From a virus (lineage: Duplodnaviria > Caudoviricetes), in IMG/VR virus record IMGVR_UViG_3300033067_001409, positions 1-34,546 of that record: 34,546 bases of DNA, one strand, 5' to 3'. Shown here one piece after another: positions 14,847 to 23,975 of the stretch. The notes beneath the pieces are model-generated. The model saw only the letters and a program-made list of their open reading frames with translations. It had not been told where the DNA came from and ran no database searches. Each line of letters begins with the position of its first letter. The stretch's first letter is position 1. The position numbers were made by a program, and so were the translations under genes.

Positions 14847-16108
14847 CCTTTCCCGGCTTGAGCCTTTTTACCTGGCGTGGGTTTCCCTGTGGCGGGATCT
14901 TCGGTGTCGTCGTCGGCTGGGATCTCTCCAGGCTTCGGTTTCGGGATGCCATAGCGTTCGTACCAGTAGTCTTCCCCGATCGGCACCCGGGCCGCCACCT
15001 TTTCATCAATGGCAATACGAGCGGTCAGGGTCAGTCCATCGCTGTCTTCAAAGGACCAGGTTCCACCCTCCACCGGGTAGCCCAGGGATAACAGGTAAGT
15101 TTGCAGATCTTCGTTCAGGATGCTCAGCACAAATGCCCGATCGTCGGCGTGTACCTCGTCCTGCGTTTTCATTTGAGTTTCACTCTGGGCATATCCGGAA
15201 TGCTTCGCCTCCTGGGTGCTCATGGTGTTGCCCAGGATGGTGATACTCAGCTCCTGGTTGCAGGCATCGATCAGGAAGCGAAATATATCGTTGGAGGCAC
15301 TGCCTGCCGTGGGGTTGAAGAATTGCAGCTTGGCATCTTCGGGCGCAACGACAAATCCAGCGCTTCCAGCTTCAGACAACGCGGCTTCAAGTATCCCGCG
15401 ACTTGCTTCGTTATTATAGGTAGCCCATCGAAACGGCATACCAAAGACCTCGGCAAATTCCGCCCAGTCTCCAAAGCCGCCACGCTTGTATATAATGTGT
15501 GGACAAGCTTCGAGGATAAGACCCAGATCGTCAGGCTCGCCGACTTCAATGCAGAAGTTTTTGTATGGAGCTTCCCGGTATGGCAGGCCTTCAATATCCC
15601 ACTGATTTTTGGTTACCACCCCTTTCTTGGGTTTCACGTGCTTACGTGGCACCAGGTTGGTTACCCCTTTATCGGTCGTGCCAAATGCTGGCCAATACAG
15701 CTCAAGCAATGAGTGGCCATAGAAACGCGAGTTCAAGGCCTCTGTGATGAATTTGCGGACACAACGTTTAGTGGCCAGGGCATTCAGCTCTTCGACGGGT
15801 TTGCCGTTTACGCTAAAAGTCAGCGGGGTGTTGGTGATCCTTGCAATGCGCTGAAATATCAGTGCCTTCAACCGACCATCCAAAAGGATGTCGGAGTACA
15901 GATCATACAGCAGCGTCCGTTGCTGATTGTCCTGCTCCGCAGCGATCAGCGCATTGCGCCACTTGGTTATGTCCTGGCTTTTTCGGGCCACTGGCCGCAC
16001 CGTTGTATGGTTTACAACAATGTTTTGCTTTTTGCCAGTCATCTTATCTGCTAAAAACAGAATGTTTGATTTTGCGCCCGTGAGCAAACTTTTTATGTCA
16101 AGTGTCAT
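14834..16108 (-). CDS. Portal protein (DUF935 / Mu gp29 family)
   Basis: LYDLYSDILLDGRL, SRFYGHSLLEL, WAEFAEVFGMP, CNQELSITILGNTM, VHADD. Confidence 0.9.
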   Translation of the reverse strand: MTLDIKSLLTGAKSNILFLADKMTGKKQNIVVNHTTVRPVARKSQDITKWRNALIAAEQDNQQRTLLYDLYSDILLDGRLKALIFQRIARITNTPLTFSVNGKPVEELNALATKRCVRKFITEALNSRFYGHSLLELYWPAFGTTDKGVTNLVPRKHVKPKKGVVTKNQWDIEGLPYREAPYKNFCIEVGEPDDLGLILEACPHIIYKRGGFGDWAEFAEVFGMPFRWATYNNEASRGILEAALSEAGSAGFVVAPEDAKLQFFNPTAGSASNDIFRFLIDACNQELSITILGNTMSTQEAKHSGYAQSETQMKTQDEVHADDRAFVLSILNEDLQTYLLSLGYPVEGGTWSFEDSDGLTLTARIAIDEKVAARVPIGEDYWYERYGIPKPKPGEIPADDDTEDPATGKPTPGKKAQAGKGKKA

Positions 16109-16173
16109 ATTGATACTGGTGATGCGTCCAAGTCTCCGTTTAAAGGCGTTTAAAGGGCAAAGGCGCGCTTGTG

Positions 16174-16584
16174 CTAGAAGTAGTTAGACCGCTTTGCGTT
16201 GCTACCGTATGTAATGTGCTGCTGCTTGGTTTCGGCCCGTCTGGGCAAGTCTGCATACAGCTCGGTCTTTGCAGCCGATTTGAGCCAGTTGATGGCACGG
16301 TCGTAGCGGCTTTTGCGATCGTCAAAGTCCTGTCCACCCATACCCCTGGCCACCAGGTAGTAAATAGCCAGGTCAACTCCATACTGCACCAGGAGCGCAT
16401 GGCGGTTGGCACCAGTCGTGGCGAATGCAGTATCCACATCGAAGGTGTCGTACAGCCATTGCCGCATTTCGGTTTCAGCCGCCAGCATGGCCTGTGCAAC
16501 TACGGCGGTATCACCCCGGGTGATCTCGTCGAGTTCGTCCTGGAGGATGGATTGGTACAGATCGTTTGTCGTTAAAAATCCCAT
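16174..16584 (-). CDS. Head-tail adaptor (Mu gp36 / DUF1320)
   Basis: DLAIYYL...RKSRYDRAINWLKSAAK pattern. Confidence 0.82.
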   Translation of the reverse strand: MGFLTTNDLYQSILQDELDEITRGDTAVVAQAMLAAETEMRQWLYDTFDVDTAFATTGANRHALLVQYGVDLAIYYLVARGMGGQDFDDRKSRYDRAINWLKSAAKTELYADLPRRAETKQQHITYGSNAKRSNYF

Positions 16585-18101
16585 TAGTACTTCTTTGAAG
16601 TGCGCCGATCGTGCCCGACTTTAATCGGATCCATCTTGCGCAGTTTAGTATTGATAATCCAGACGGCACCTTCTGTGGCATCCGGGCCATCGTCGTGTGC
16701 TGGGAGGTTTGGCTCGATTGCTTTAAACTGTTCCTCGAGCCGCATCATGTGCGGATCGTTGCGTTCGGCCTCGTTGAATATGAGTGAACCGCGCCGATTG
16801 ATTGGCTCCAGGTTGCCCTCGATGCGGCTGAACTTGTCGGGCTTGTCGCGGTCGTCTGGTGAAACGGCCAGTGTGCCACGCGTTTTCTCCATGTTGCGCA
16901 GCGCTGGCATAAATACATCCTGGTACCATGCGTCCTGGAATCCGTTGCACTCGACATAGTTATACACCTGGGTTCGATCGGCTACAAAGTCCCGTAGATC
17001 ATAAAACCACAGGAGCATCTGGTTTAGGACTGTTTGCTCCAGCCGGGCTTTGATGATGTAGTAATCACCGTTCAACTCTCCAACCAGGATCACCGCCTTG
17101 AAATCGTTTTTTCGGCTGTCCTTGTAGCTTGAATCGCAGTAATTCACCACCATCCTGAATTTGTTCAGTGGGGGTACCTTGCCCCACTTGATGTCGGTGA
17201 ATACCGTACCCTCATTGATCGGGTTATTAAAATACTCCTTTTGCCCGGAGGCGTAGGATATCTTGGATAGCATGTAGTTGACATCCTCGAGCGAGTAGCG
17301 GCCCGACCAGGAAGGTTTGCCTTTGCTGTCCAGGATATTGATCTGCTCGAAATCGTCGGCCATCTTGGAGGCACGGATGATGATGCCGTCCTTCGCAATG
17401 ATGTTACCAACGAAAATGAAGCGTTTGCGCCCGGTGATACTGAGCGTCGGGAAAAGAGCCTGTTCTATCCAGTCCCATTTCTTCTTCAGACGTACCGGGT
17501 TGCGAGCTTCCTCGTCCGTGTCAATATCATCAATGAGAATAAAGTCAGGACGTTTCTCCTCGTTACGCGATCCGCGAGGACTCTGCCCGGCACCCAAAGC
17601 GCGGAACGATCGACCGTCAGCTGTGACGAACTTGCCCACTTCCCAACCTCGCCAACTCTTTTGCTGACCAAAGTCGTGCAAAATCCTTTGGTTGCTCTCC
17701 AGGTTGACCATGAGCGGCATGAGCAGTTCGCAGGCATTGTCATAGGAGTGCGATACGAGCAGCATGTTGTACATGCGGTCGTTGAACATCTCGAACAATG
17801 GGACGAACAACCCGGCCACCACGCTCTTAGCGTGTTCACGCGCCCAGGCACGCACCATGTATATCTTTTCAGCCTTGGATACTTTTTTGGCAAACTTCAG
17901 ATGGAATGGCGCAAATGGGGCAGATGCGTAGTTTGGGAAGTAATACTTACAAAACTCTTCAAAGTTGCCCTGCAGCTTTTTGATACGCGCTGCTTTCTCT
18001 GCGTCCGTCTCATTGATCGGGGCAGGTGTTTCGCGCTGGAGGTTTTTGCGAAACGCATCCCAGCGCTCCATCCATTGTCTGTCGCTGCGCTGGTTGCTCA
18101 T
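16584..18101 (-). CDS. Terminase large subunit
   Basis: WAREHAKS variant Walker A, RPDFILIDDID Walker B, YCDSS...DFKA, HDDGPDA nuclease motif. Confidence 0.93.
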   Translation of the reverse strand: MSNQRSDRQWMERWDAFRKNLQRETPAPINETDAEKAARIKKLQGNFEEFCKYYFPNYASAPFAPFHLKFAKKVSKAEKIYMVRAWAREHAKSVVAGLFVPLFEMFNDRMYNMLLVSHSYDNACELLMPLMVNLESNQRILHDFGQQKSWRGWEVGKFVTADGRSFRALGAGQSPRGSRNEEKRPDFILIDDIDTDEEARNPVRLKKKWDWIEQALFPTLSITGRKRFIFVGNIIAKDGIIIRASKMADDFEQINILDSKGKPSWSGRYSLEDVNYMLSKISYASGQKEYFNNPINEGTVFTDIKWGKVPPLNKFRMVVNYCDSSYKDSRKNDFKAVILVGELNGDYYIIKARLEQTVLNQMLLWFYDLRDFVADRTQVYNYVECNGFQDAWYQDVFMPALRNMEKTRGTLAVSPDDRDKPDKFSRIEGNLEPINRRGSLIFNEAERNDPHMMRLEEQFKAIEPNLPAHDDGPDATEGAVWIINTKLRKMDPIKVGHDRRTSKKY

Positions 18102-18529
18102 TTGATCTTGGTTTTTAGGTAAGCATCAAAGAGCTCCACCAGCTCGCCCACTTTTTCAGGAGCGTTCTGGCGAGCATACTCGCCAAACTCCATTCCTATT
18201 TCTATGCGGTCGCCGATGTTGACTTCCGTCTCCAGGCTGCGAATGGCAGCGCAGAGTTTGGAGATCACGTCGGCTTCCTTATTATTGGCCACTTTGGAAT
18301 CGCGCTCGTTGATGATCACATTCTGCGCTTCCAGTTGGCCATATAGCATAGCGATCTGCTCATGCTTAGTTACGAGCAGTGAGCGCCGGAGTTTATCCCA
18401 GCCCAAATCCTTTACCCAGCGTCCGAGGGCGTGTTCACCAACACCAACGCGTTGGGCCACTTCCTTTTGAGTGAGTCGTTCCCGGATGTACAGGACTTTC
18501 GCGAAATCCTTTTTTTGATCTATAGTCAT
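18098..18529 (-). CDS. Terminase small subunit (HTH, DUF1804-like)
   Basis: AKVLYI...TQKEVAQRVGVGEHALGRW...WD; ATGA overlap with TerL. Confidence 0.8.
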   Translation of the reverse strand: MTIDQKKDFAKVLYIRERLTQKEVAQRVGVGEHALGRWVKDLGWDKLRRSLLVTKHEQIAMLYGQLEAQNVIINERDSKVANNKEADVISKLCAAIRSLETEVNIGDRIEIGMEFGEYARQNAPEKVGELVELFDAYLKTKIK

Positions 18530-18563
18530 AGGCTGTTTGTTCGCCGCCAGGCGAACCGTCTGG

Positions 18564-18696
18564 CAAAAGTAGTCCTGCAAAAGGCCGATATTCAGCGGAT
18601 GGCATACCCGTTACGAAAGGCTTAAAAACTGTTGTAACGTGCGCCATAACCATTAGAAAGGGGTTTTTTTATGCGGTTTGAGTGCTATTATGTTTG
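18564..18696. promoter_or_regulatory. Divergent late promoter region
   Basis: TACTTTTG on - (18571-18564), TATGTTTG on + (18689-18696); imperfect inverted repeat CGTTACGAAAG/CTGTTGTAACG (18609-18639) between them. Confidence 0.55.
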
Positions 18697-18720
18697 TGCC
18701 ATCAATTAGCAATCGCAGCA

Positions 18721-19722
18721 ATGTCAAAACGTATTCGCGTCACAGATGAATCACTTAACAGCTACGGCTTCTGGGTCAAAACCAGCGGCATAGACTTGAG
18801 CGATTTTAAAAACAACCCGATCTGCCTGTGGAATCACGCGCAGCCCTGGCGTGGCATGGAAGATGAGATTTTGCCTATTGGTATTTGGAAGGATTTGTCG
18901 GTAAATGGCGCGGAGATCACGGCCATCCCGGAGATCGATACAGAGGATGAGTTTTCGTCTCGTATCGCAAAGAAGTTTGAAAAGGGGCATTTGCGGGCAG
19001 CTTCTATTGGTATCCAGATTTTGGAGTGGAGCGAATCAGCTGATCTCCTGAAGCCTGGCCAAACCCGGCCAACTGTTACCAAAAGCAAACTGCGCGAAAT
19101 CTCCCTTTGTGACATCCCTTCCAATAAAAACGCCCTGGTGCTATACGACCAGGACGGATCAGTAGTCAATCTTTCCGACCCTGGTACATTGCAAAACTTG
19201 CCAACTCTTATTTCACAACCTGTACAAACAGAAATGAACGAACTGGAATCGATGGCGCTCTTCTTGAGAATGCCGAAAACTGCCACGCTTGCTGATGTGC
19301 AGGCTAAGATTGCCGACCTGCAAGGTTTGGTTGCTGAAAACGATTCTTTGAAAGCCAATTTAAAGGCCTTTAAAGATGCTCAGGCCGATGCCCGCAAAGT
19401 AGAGATCAAATCCCTGCTCGACAAGGCGGTTGAAGAAAATCGGGTGCCTCAAGGTCAGCGCGGCACTTATGAAAAGCTTTTTGAAGCTGATTACGACAGT
19501 GCCAAATCTGTTTTGGACTCTTTGCCGAAGGCCATCAAGCTTTCCGATTTCCCTGCAGGTGGTAAGCAGGGCGAATCCGGCAAGTTCACTTACGATGGCA
19601 AGTCCTTCTCTCAGCTTTCGAAGGAAAACCCTTCGGTGCTTGCTTCTCTGAAGGAAAACGACCTCGAAACCTTCAAGCAGCTGTACAAAGCTGAGTACGG
19701 TAAGGACTACAAGGTTTCTTAG
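18721..19722 (+). CDS. Prohead protease with C-terminal scaffold
   Basis: NSYGF, NPICLWNH, PIGIW, LRAASIG, LREISLCDIPSN; helical C-terminal half. Confidence 0.88.
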   Translation: MSKRIRVTDESLNSYGFWVKTSGIDLSDFKNNPICLWNHAQPWRGMEDEILPIGIWKDLSVNGAEITAIPEIDTEDEFSSRIAKKFEKGHLRAASIGIQILEWSESADLLKPGQTRPTVTKSKLREISLCDIPSNKNALVLYDQDGSVVNLSDPGTLQNLPTLISQPVQTEMNELESMALFLRMPKTATLADVQAKIADLQGLVAENDSLKANLKAFKDAQADARKVEIKSLLDKAVEENRVPQGQRGTYEKLFEADYDSAKSVLDSLPKAIKLSDFPAGGKQGESGKFTYDGKSFSQLSKENPSVLASLKENDLETFKQLYKAEYGKDYKVS

Positions 19723-19786
19723 TACCAAATAAAAAATTCAACACCCAAGCCCAGGCCCAGCCTGTGGTATAAACAATAACTGACCG

Positions 19787-20686
19787 ATGGCAGTCAACAA
19801 AGAAATGTGGAGACCCGATATTATCGAGTCCCTATTCAAAAGCAACGCATTCCTCACCCGCGCATTCAATGCAGACGACATGGTCGTTGGTGGCCGGATC
19901 GTTCACATCCCTCAGGCTGGAGCACCGTCTAAAGTTGAACGTAACCGCGTCAACTTGCCTGCGCCCATTGTGAAGCGCTCTGATACCGACATCGTGTATG
20001 TACTGGACGAGTACACAACCGATCCACGCCTCATTGTCGATATTGACAAAAAGGAGCTGTCCTACGACAAGCGCGCATCCGTGATCCGCGAGGATATGGG
20101 TTCGCTGATGGAAGTAGCTGGTGACAATATGCTGTACAACTGGGGCGTAAATATCCCGGTTGCGAGCAAAATTTTGACCACTGGAGCTTCCGCTGCCGGC
20201 ACGGCCCCTGGTGCAACTGGCAACCGGAAAATTATCACTGAAGCTGACATCCGCAAAGCGCAGTTGTTGCTCAATAACCAAAACCTTCCCAAGGATGGTC
20301 GTGTGATGGTGTTGCCTGCAAATTTCCTGGACCAGTTGATGTCTGACAACAACCTCAAGTATGCTTTCCAGCAGGTTGTGGATCTGAAGTCGGGCATGGT
20401 GGGTCGCCTCTTTGGCTTTGACCTGTATGAGCGCTCCAGCGTTTTGGTTGAAACCACCGGTGGTACCATTAAGCTGCCTGAAGCAGCCAGTGCAACGGAC
20501 GACAACGAATGTGCCTTTTTCTACCATGAAGGTGCGGTAGAGCGCGCCCTTGGTGATGTGGACATTTTTGACAATCCCGGCAAAGCGGAATACTACGGCG
20601 ACGTGGTGTCCTTCCTCCTTCGCCTGGGTGGTCGCAACCGTCGCGCAGACAACAAAGGCCTTGGCTATATCGCCGCTCGCCCATAA
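19787..20686 (+). CDS. Major capsid protein
   Basis: Follows the protease; VHIPQAG, ELSYDKRASV, NLPKDGRVMVL, GRLFGFDLY. Confidence 0.85.
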   Translation: MAVNKEMWRPDIIESLFKSNAFLTRAFNADDMVVGGRIVHIPQAGAPSKVERNRVNLPAPIVKRSDTDIVYVLDEYTTDPRLIVDIDKKELSYDKRASVIREDMGSLMEVAGDNMLYNWGVNIPVASKILTTGASAAGTAPGATGNRKIITEADIRKAQLLLNNQNLPKDGRVMVLPANFLDQLMSDNNLKYAFQQVVDLKSGMVGRLFGFDLYERSSVLVETTGGTIKLPEAASATDDNECAFFYHEGAVERALGDVDIFDNPGKAEYYGDVVSFLLRLGGRNRRADNKGLGYIAARP

Positions 20687-20751
20687 TCAATGTGTCTGGC
20701 AGCATAAGCCTCCAATTAGTTCAGTTCAATTATTAAACCACGACAATAGCC

Positions 20752-21090
20752 ATGTCTAACGGCGTAAAATATCCTTTCGGCAAGGCCGATGTGCGGACGG
20801 TAACGACCGCAACCACGATCAACGACACTGTCAGCGATCAAATGACCTACCTCAAGCTGTCGGGTAACCTGACAGCCGCCACCACGATCAACATCACGCC
20901 AAGTGGTGTATTGGATGGAGCGGAGTTGCTTATCGAGATCCCTTGCGGGGGCTCGGCATTCAACACTACCTATGGTAGCACATTTGTCACCAGTCCTGGC
21001 ACTACCGGTGTGATCAACAAAACCAAGCTTGTCGGATTCGTGTACGCAAACGGTAAGTTCGTACAGAAGTCTGAGCAAACGATCAACTAA
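20752..21090 (+). CDS. Probable head decoration / structural protein
   Basis: Thr/Gly-rich, beta-type sequence directly after the capsid gene. Confidence 0.55.
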   Translation: MSNGVKYPFGKADVRTVTTATTINDTVSDQMTYLKLSGNLTAATTINITPSGVLDGAELLIEIPCGGSAFNTTYGSTFVTSPGTTGVINKTKLVGFVYANGKFVQKSEQTIN

Positions 21091-21097
21091 TTTGACA

Positions 21098-21331
21098 ATG
21101 TCCCGACAGAAAATGAGCGACCTCACGGAGCGCGAAATGCTGCTACTCTTGATTGAGAAAGTAGATCGTCTCGAAACGGAGGTTGCTCAAGGACGGGTCA
21201 ATGCTGACGCAATCAATAAGCTGGAGATGCGAGTCTTAAAAGGTGAGGTCCAGTTTAAGATCTGGGGCCTGATCGTCGGATTCTTAGCGGGCATCGCAGG
21301 CAGTATCATCGTTAAAGTTATTAACCTCTGA
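21098..21331 (+). CDS. Coiled-coil plus C-terminal TM protein (XhlA-like, candidate holin)
   Basis: EKVDRLETEV...KLEMRVLK.E followed by IWGLIVGFLAGIAGSIIV. Confidence 0.6.
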   Translation: MSRQKMSDLTEREMLLLLIEKVDRLETEVAQGRVNADAINKLEMRVLKGEVQFKIWGLIVGFLAGIAGSIIVKVINL

Positions 21332-21633
21332 TGGAAAATTTCAAATCTGTATTCGAGTGCCACCCCCAGGTGGATGAAATATTTGTAGTGGACGGGATGC
21401 CGTTCCTTGAGCCAGGCCACGCCCAATCGCATAGCGTGAACACTGGCAAGCCGGTGGAGCGGGTAAAACGCCCGTCCGAGGCTCCGGAAAAGCCAAAGGC
21501 TGCTGCTCCGGGAAAGTCAAAGGCGGATGGCTCCGAAAAGCCAGAGGTCGATGCTCCAGAAGCTGAATCAGGAGATGATTCTCCTTCCGAACATGTCCAG
21601 ACCCCCAAAAAGGGTCGAGGCAAAAAAGGCTAA
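21331..21633 (+). CDS. Hypothetical protein with a low-complexity tail
   Basis: TGATG coupling; VFECHPQVDEIFVVDG.PF N-domain. Confidence 0.7.
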   Translation: MENFKSVFECHPQVDEIFVVDGMPFLEPGHAQSHSVNTGKPVERVKRPSEAPEKPKAAAPGKSKADGSEKPEVDAPEAESGDDSPSEHVQTPKKGRGKKG

Positions 21634-21671
21634 TCCAATTTCTTACACACTCAAATTTCAACAAGCAAACT

Positions 21672-22244
21672 ATGAAAGGCAATTTCGGCATCTGGCCAAA
21701 ACTCGCACTCCTGGTTATTCTGGGAGCCTTTATTATCAACAAATTCCAAGTCGCTGATAGTGATTTAAAGGACTTTAAAGCTGATCGAGCGGCGCATGAT
21801 CAGTTTGAACCGATTGCCGCGCCAACACACATTGGTCCCTTGACGGTGGAGTCTCCTGCTACCACCACGTCAGTTATTCCTTTGCAAGCCCAAAAGATTC
21901 CTGCTAAGCCCCAGTCAAGTTTGCTGGATAATTCAGAGGTCTGTAAAACCAGCTTGAAATTCCAGTCAGATCCTATTCCAATCGCGTATTCTCAAACAGA
22001 CGTACCACCCACGATCAATGTTGATGAACCTGAAACACCCGCTCCAGCTGAAGAAAGTAGCGGTGGGTTTTGGGGCTTACTCAAAACCCATTGGGGGGTA
22101 ATACTATCTGCATTTTTGGTCTTTATCGAATCTATCATCAGGGTAACTCCAAGCAATAAGGACAATTCCATATTTAGCTTCATCAAGTTTATCCTCGACA
22201 AAATTATTCCGAACGCCCGATCAGGGGGCGGCACTCACGTTTAG
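21672..22244 (+). CDS. Membrane protein with N-terminal TM and holin-like C-terminus
   Basis: LALLVILGAFII TM; Pro/acidic linker; WGVILSAFLVFIESIIRVTPSNKDN. Confidence 0.6.
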   Translation: MKGNFGIWPKLALLVILGAFIINKFQVADSDLKDFKADRAAHDQFEPIAAPTHIGPLTVESPATTTSVIPLQAQKIPAKPQSSLLDNSEVCKTSLKFQSDPIPIAYSQTDVPPTINVDEPETPAPAEESSGGFWGLLKTHWGVILSAFLVFIESIIRVTPSNKDNSIFSFIKFILDKIIPNARSGGGTHV

Positions 22245-22291
22245 TGATGCCGCCTACCTTCGGAAACGTTCACCCTCAATAGCAATCACAC

Positions 22292-23470
22292 ATGGCACTG
22301 CCTAAAGTTTCCATAGTCCTCACAAGCGGCCAACTCGGCCTTGTCGCACCAGGTGCTGACGGTGTAGTTGGTATCGTTTTCAACGGTATAGCTGCTTCAG
22401 GCCTTGCGCTTGGCGTCTCAAAGCAGGGCTTCGGCCTGGATGAATTTGAGGCTGTAGGGATTAACGCAGCCTACGACACGACCAATACAGTCAAAGTTTG
22501 GCGTCAAATCAAGGAGTATTACGATGAAGCTGGCGATGGTGCCGAGCTTTGGGTCATGTTGGTTTCTCAGGCGACCACCATGACCAGCGTCCTTGACAAG
22601 ACGCAGGCTTTTGCAAAAAAACTGCTCGACGACGCTGGCGGCCGCATCAAACTCCTGGGCGTAGGACGCAACCCTGCAGGTGGCTACACGCCAAACACTA
22701 CAGCCAACCAGATCGACCTGGACGTGATCAACGCCCTGGTTACTGGACAAGCTCTGGTAGATGACCAGCTGGCGATCTTCCGTCCCATCAATATCGTGGT
22801 GGAAGGATATGCCTACACTGGTACCACTTCCACCCTGGCGGATCTGAAAATTCAGACCAAAAAGAACATTTCCATTTTGATTGGAAACTCGGAGACTGGC
22901 GCACGTGCTGCCATTGGCCTGCTTTTGGGTCGTCTGGCTTCGGTTCCGGTTATGCGTAACCCTGGTCGTGTGAAGGATGGCAGTGTGACTATGATTGCAG
23001 CCTTTTTGGGCTCGGCGGCATTCGAGACGGTCGAAAGCTCCGCGACCGCCATCCACGACAAGGGGTACATCACCCTGCGCAAGTACACCGGCAAAGCTGG
23101 TTACTACTTCAGTGACGATCCTACTTCAGTGGCTTCTACCGACGACTACTCAAGCCTGGCACGTTGCCGGGTGATAAACAAAGCGATTCGGATCGCTTAT
23201 GCCACTTATGTGGAAGAGATCCTTGACGAGGTGGAGATTGACCCGACTACGGGCTTTCTTTCAGCTGCCAAAGCAAAGTACTATCAATCGCTCATTGAGC
23301 GTGCCGTAAACACTGCGATGGCTGGTGAGATCAGCGGATTTGCAGCTTATGTTGATCCGACCCAAAACGTGCTCAGTACTAACAAAATATGCATCGATGC
23401 GCGCATTGTTCCTTTTGGCTATGCCAAAGAGATTGAAGTGCAGCTTGGATTCGCTAATAAATTGAACTAA
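22292..23470 (+). CDS. Contractile tail sheath (DUF2586-like)
   Basis: MALPKVSI..., NPGRVKDG, HDKGYI..RKY.G..GYYFSDD, RVINKA, VDPTQNVLST. Confidence 0.88.
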   Translation: MALPKVSIVLTSGQLGLVAPGADGVVGIVFNGIAASGLALGVSKQGFGLDEFEAVGINAAYDTTNTVKVWRQIKEYYDEAGDGAELWVMLVSQATTMTSVLDKTQAFAKKLLDDAGGRIKLLGVGRNPAGGYTPNTTANQIDLDVINALVTGQALVDDQLAIFRPINIVVEGYAYTGTTSTLADLKIQTKKNISILIGNSETGARAAIGLLLGRLASVPVMRNPGRVKDGSVTMIAAFLGSAAFETVESSATAIHDKGYITLRKYTGKAGYYFSDDPTSVASTDDYSSLARCRVINKAIRIAYATYVEEILDEVEIDPTTGFLSAAKAKYYQSLIERAVNTAMAGEISGFAAYVDPTQNVLSTNKICIDARIVPFGYAKEIEVQLGFANKLN

Positions 23471-23474
23471 CGCA

Positions 23475-23894
23475 ATGGCTTTCAATACCAAACAATATGC
23501 CTGGTCTGATGTGCGCGTAGTCCTTTTGGGCCGTGAGTTGACCGGGATCCAGGGGATCAGCTACGGCGTGGATCGTGACAAAGAGGCCGTCTACGGACGC
23601 GGCAGTGATCCGCTGTCTATCCAATCCGGGAACAAATCCTATGAAGGGAAAATCACCCTGCTGCAGTCCGAATTGGAAGCACTTGAGGCCGCTGTGCAGG
23701 CAGTAAACCCATTGTATGACTTGACTGATGTCGCATTTGACATCGTGGTATCATACGGCAATGGTGCCAACTCTACTACGGATATCGTGCTTTCTGCAGA
23801 GATCTCAAAGTATGAGAAAGGCCTGGAGCAGGAAGATAAGTTCATGAAGGTCGACCTCGACTTTATGGCCCTCGGGATCAAACGCAACGCGTAA
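23475..23894 (+). CDS. Tail tube protein
   Basis: FNTKQYAWSD...YGRGSDPLSIQSGNKSYEGKITL; follows the sheath. Confidence 0.85.
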   Translation: MAFNTKQYAWSDVRVVLLGRELTGIQGISYGVDRDKEAVYGRGSDPLSIQSGNKSYEGKITLLQSELEALEAAVQAVNPLYDLTDVAFDIVVSYGNGANSTTDIVLSAEISKYEKGLEQEDKFMKVDLDFMALGIKRNA

Positions 23895-23915
23895 CACCTA
23901 TTTCAAGATACTCAC

Positions 23916-23952
23916 AAAAGGGGCGGGCGCAGCGATGTCCCGCCCCTTTTTT
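23916..23952 (+). terminator. Intrinsic terminator after the tail tube gene
   Basis: AAAAGGGGCGGG...CCCGCCCCTTTTTT. Confidence 0.85.
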
Positions 23953-23975
23953 CATCCTTCAAATTCACTTTTATA

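Noticed and set aside
14827-15015. 62-aa ORF at the portal 3' end as the frameshift target
   Set aside because: It is the +1 frame and stops at 14827; only the -1 frame reaches MuF.
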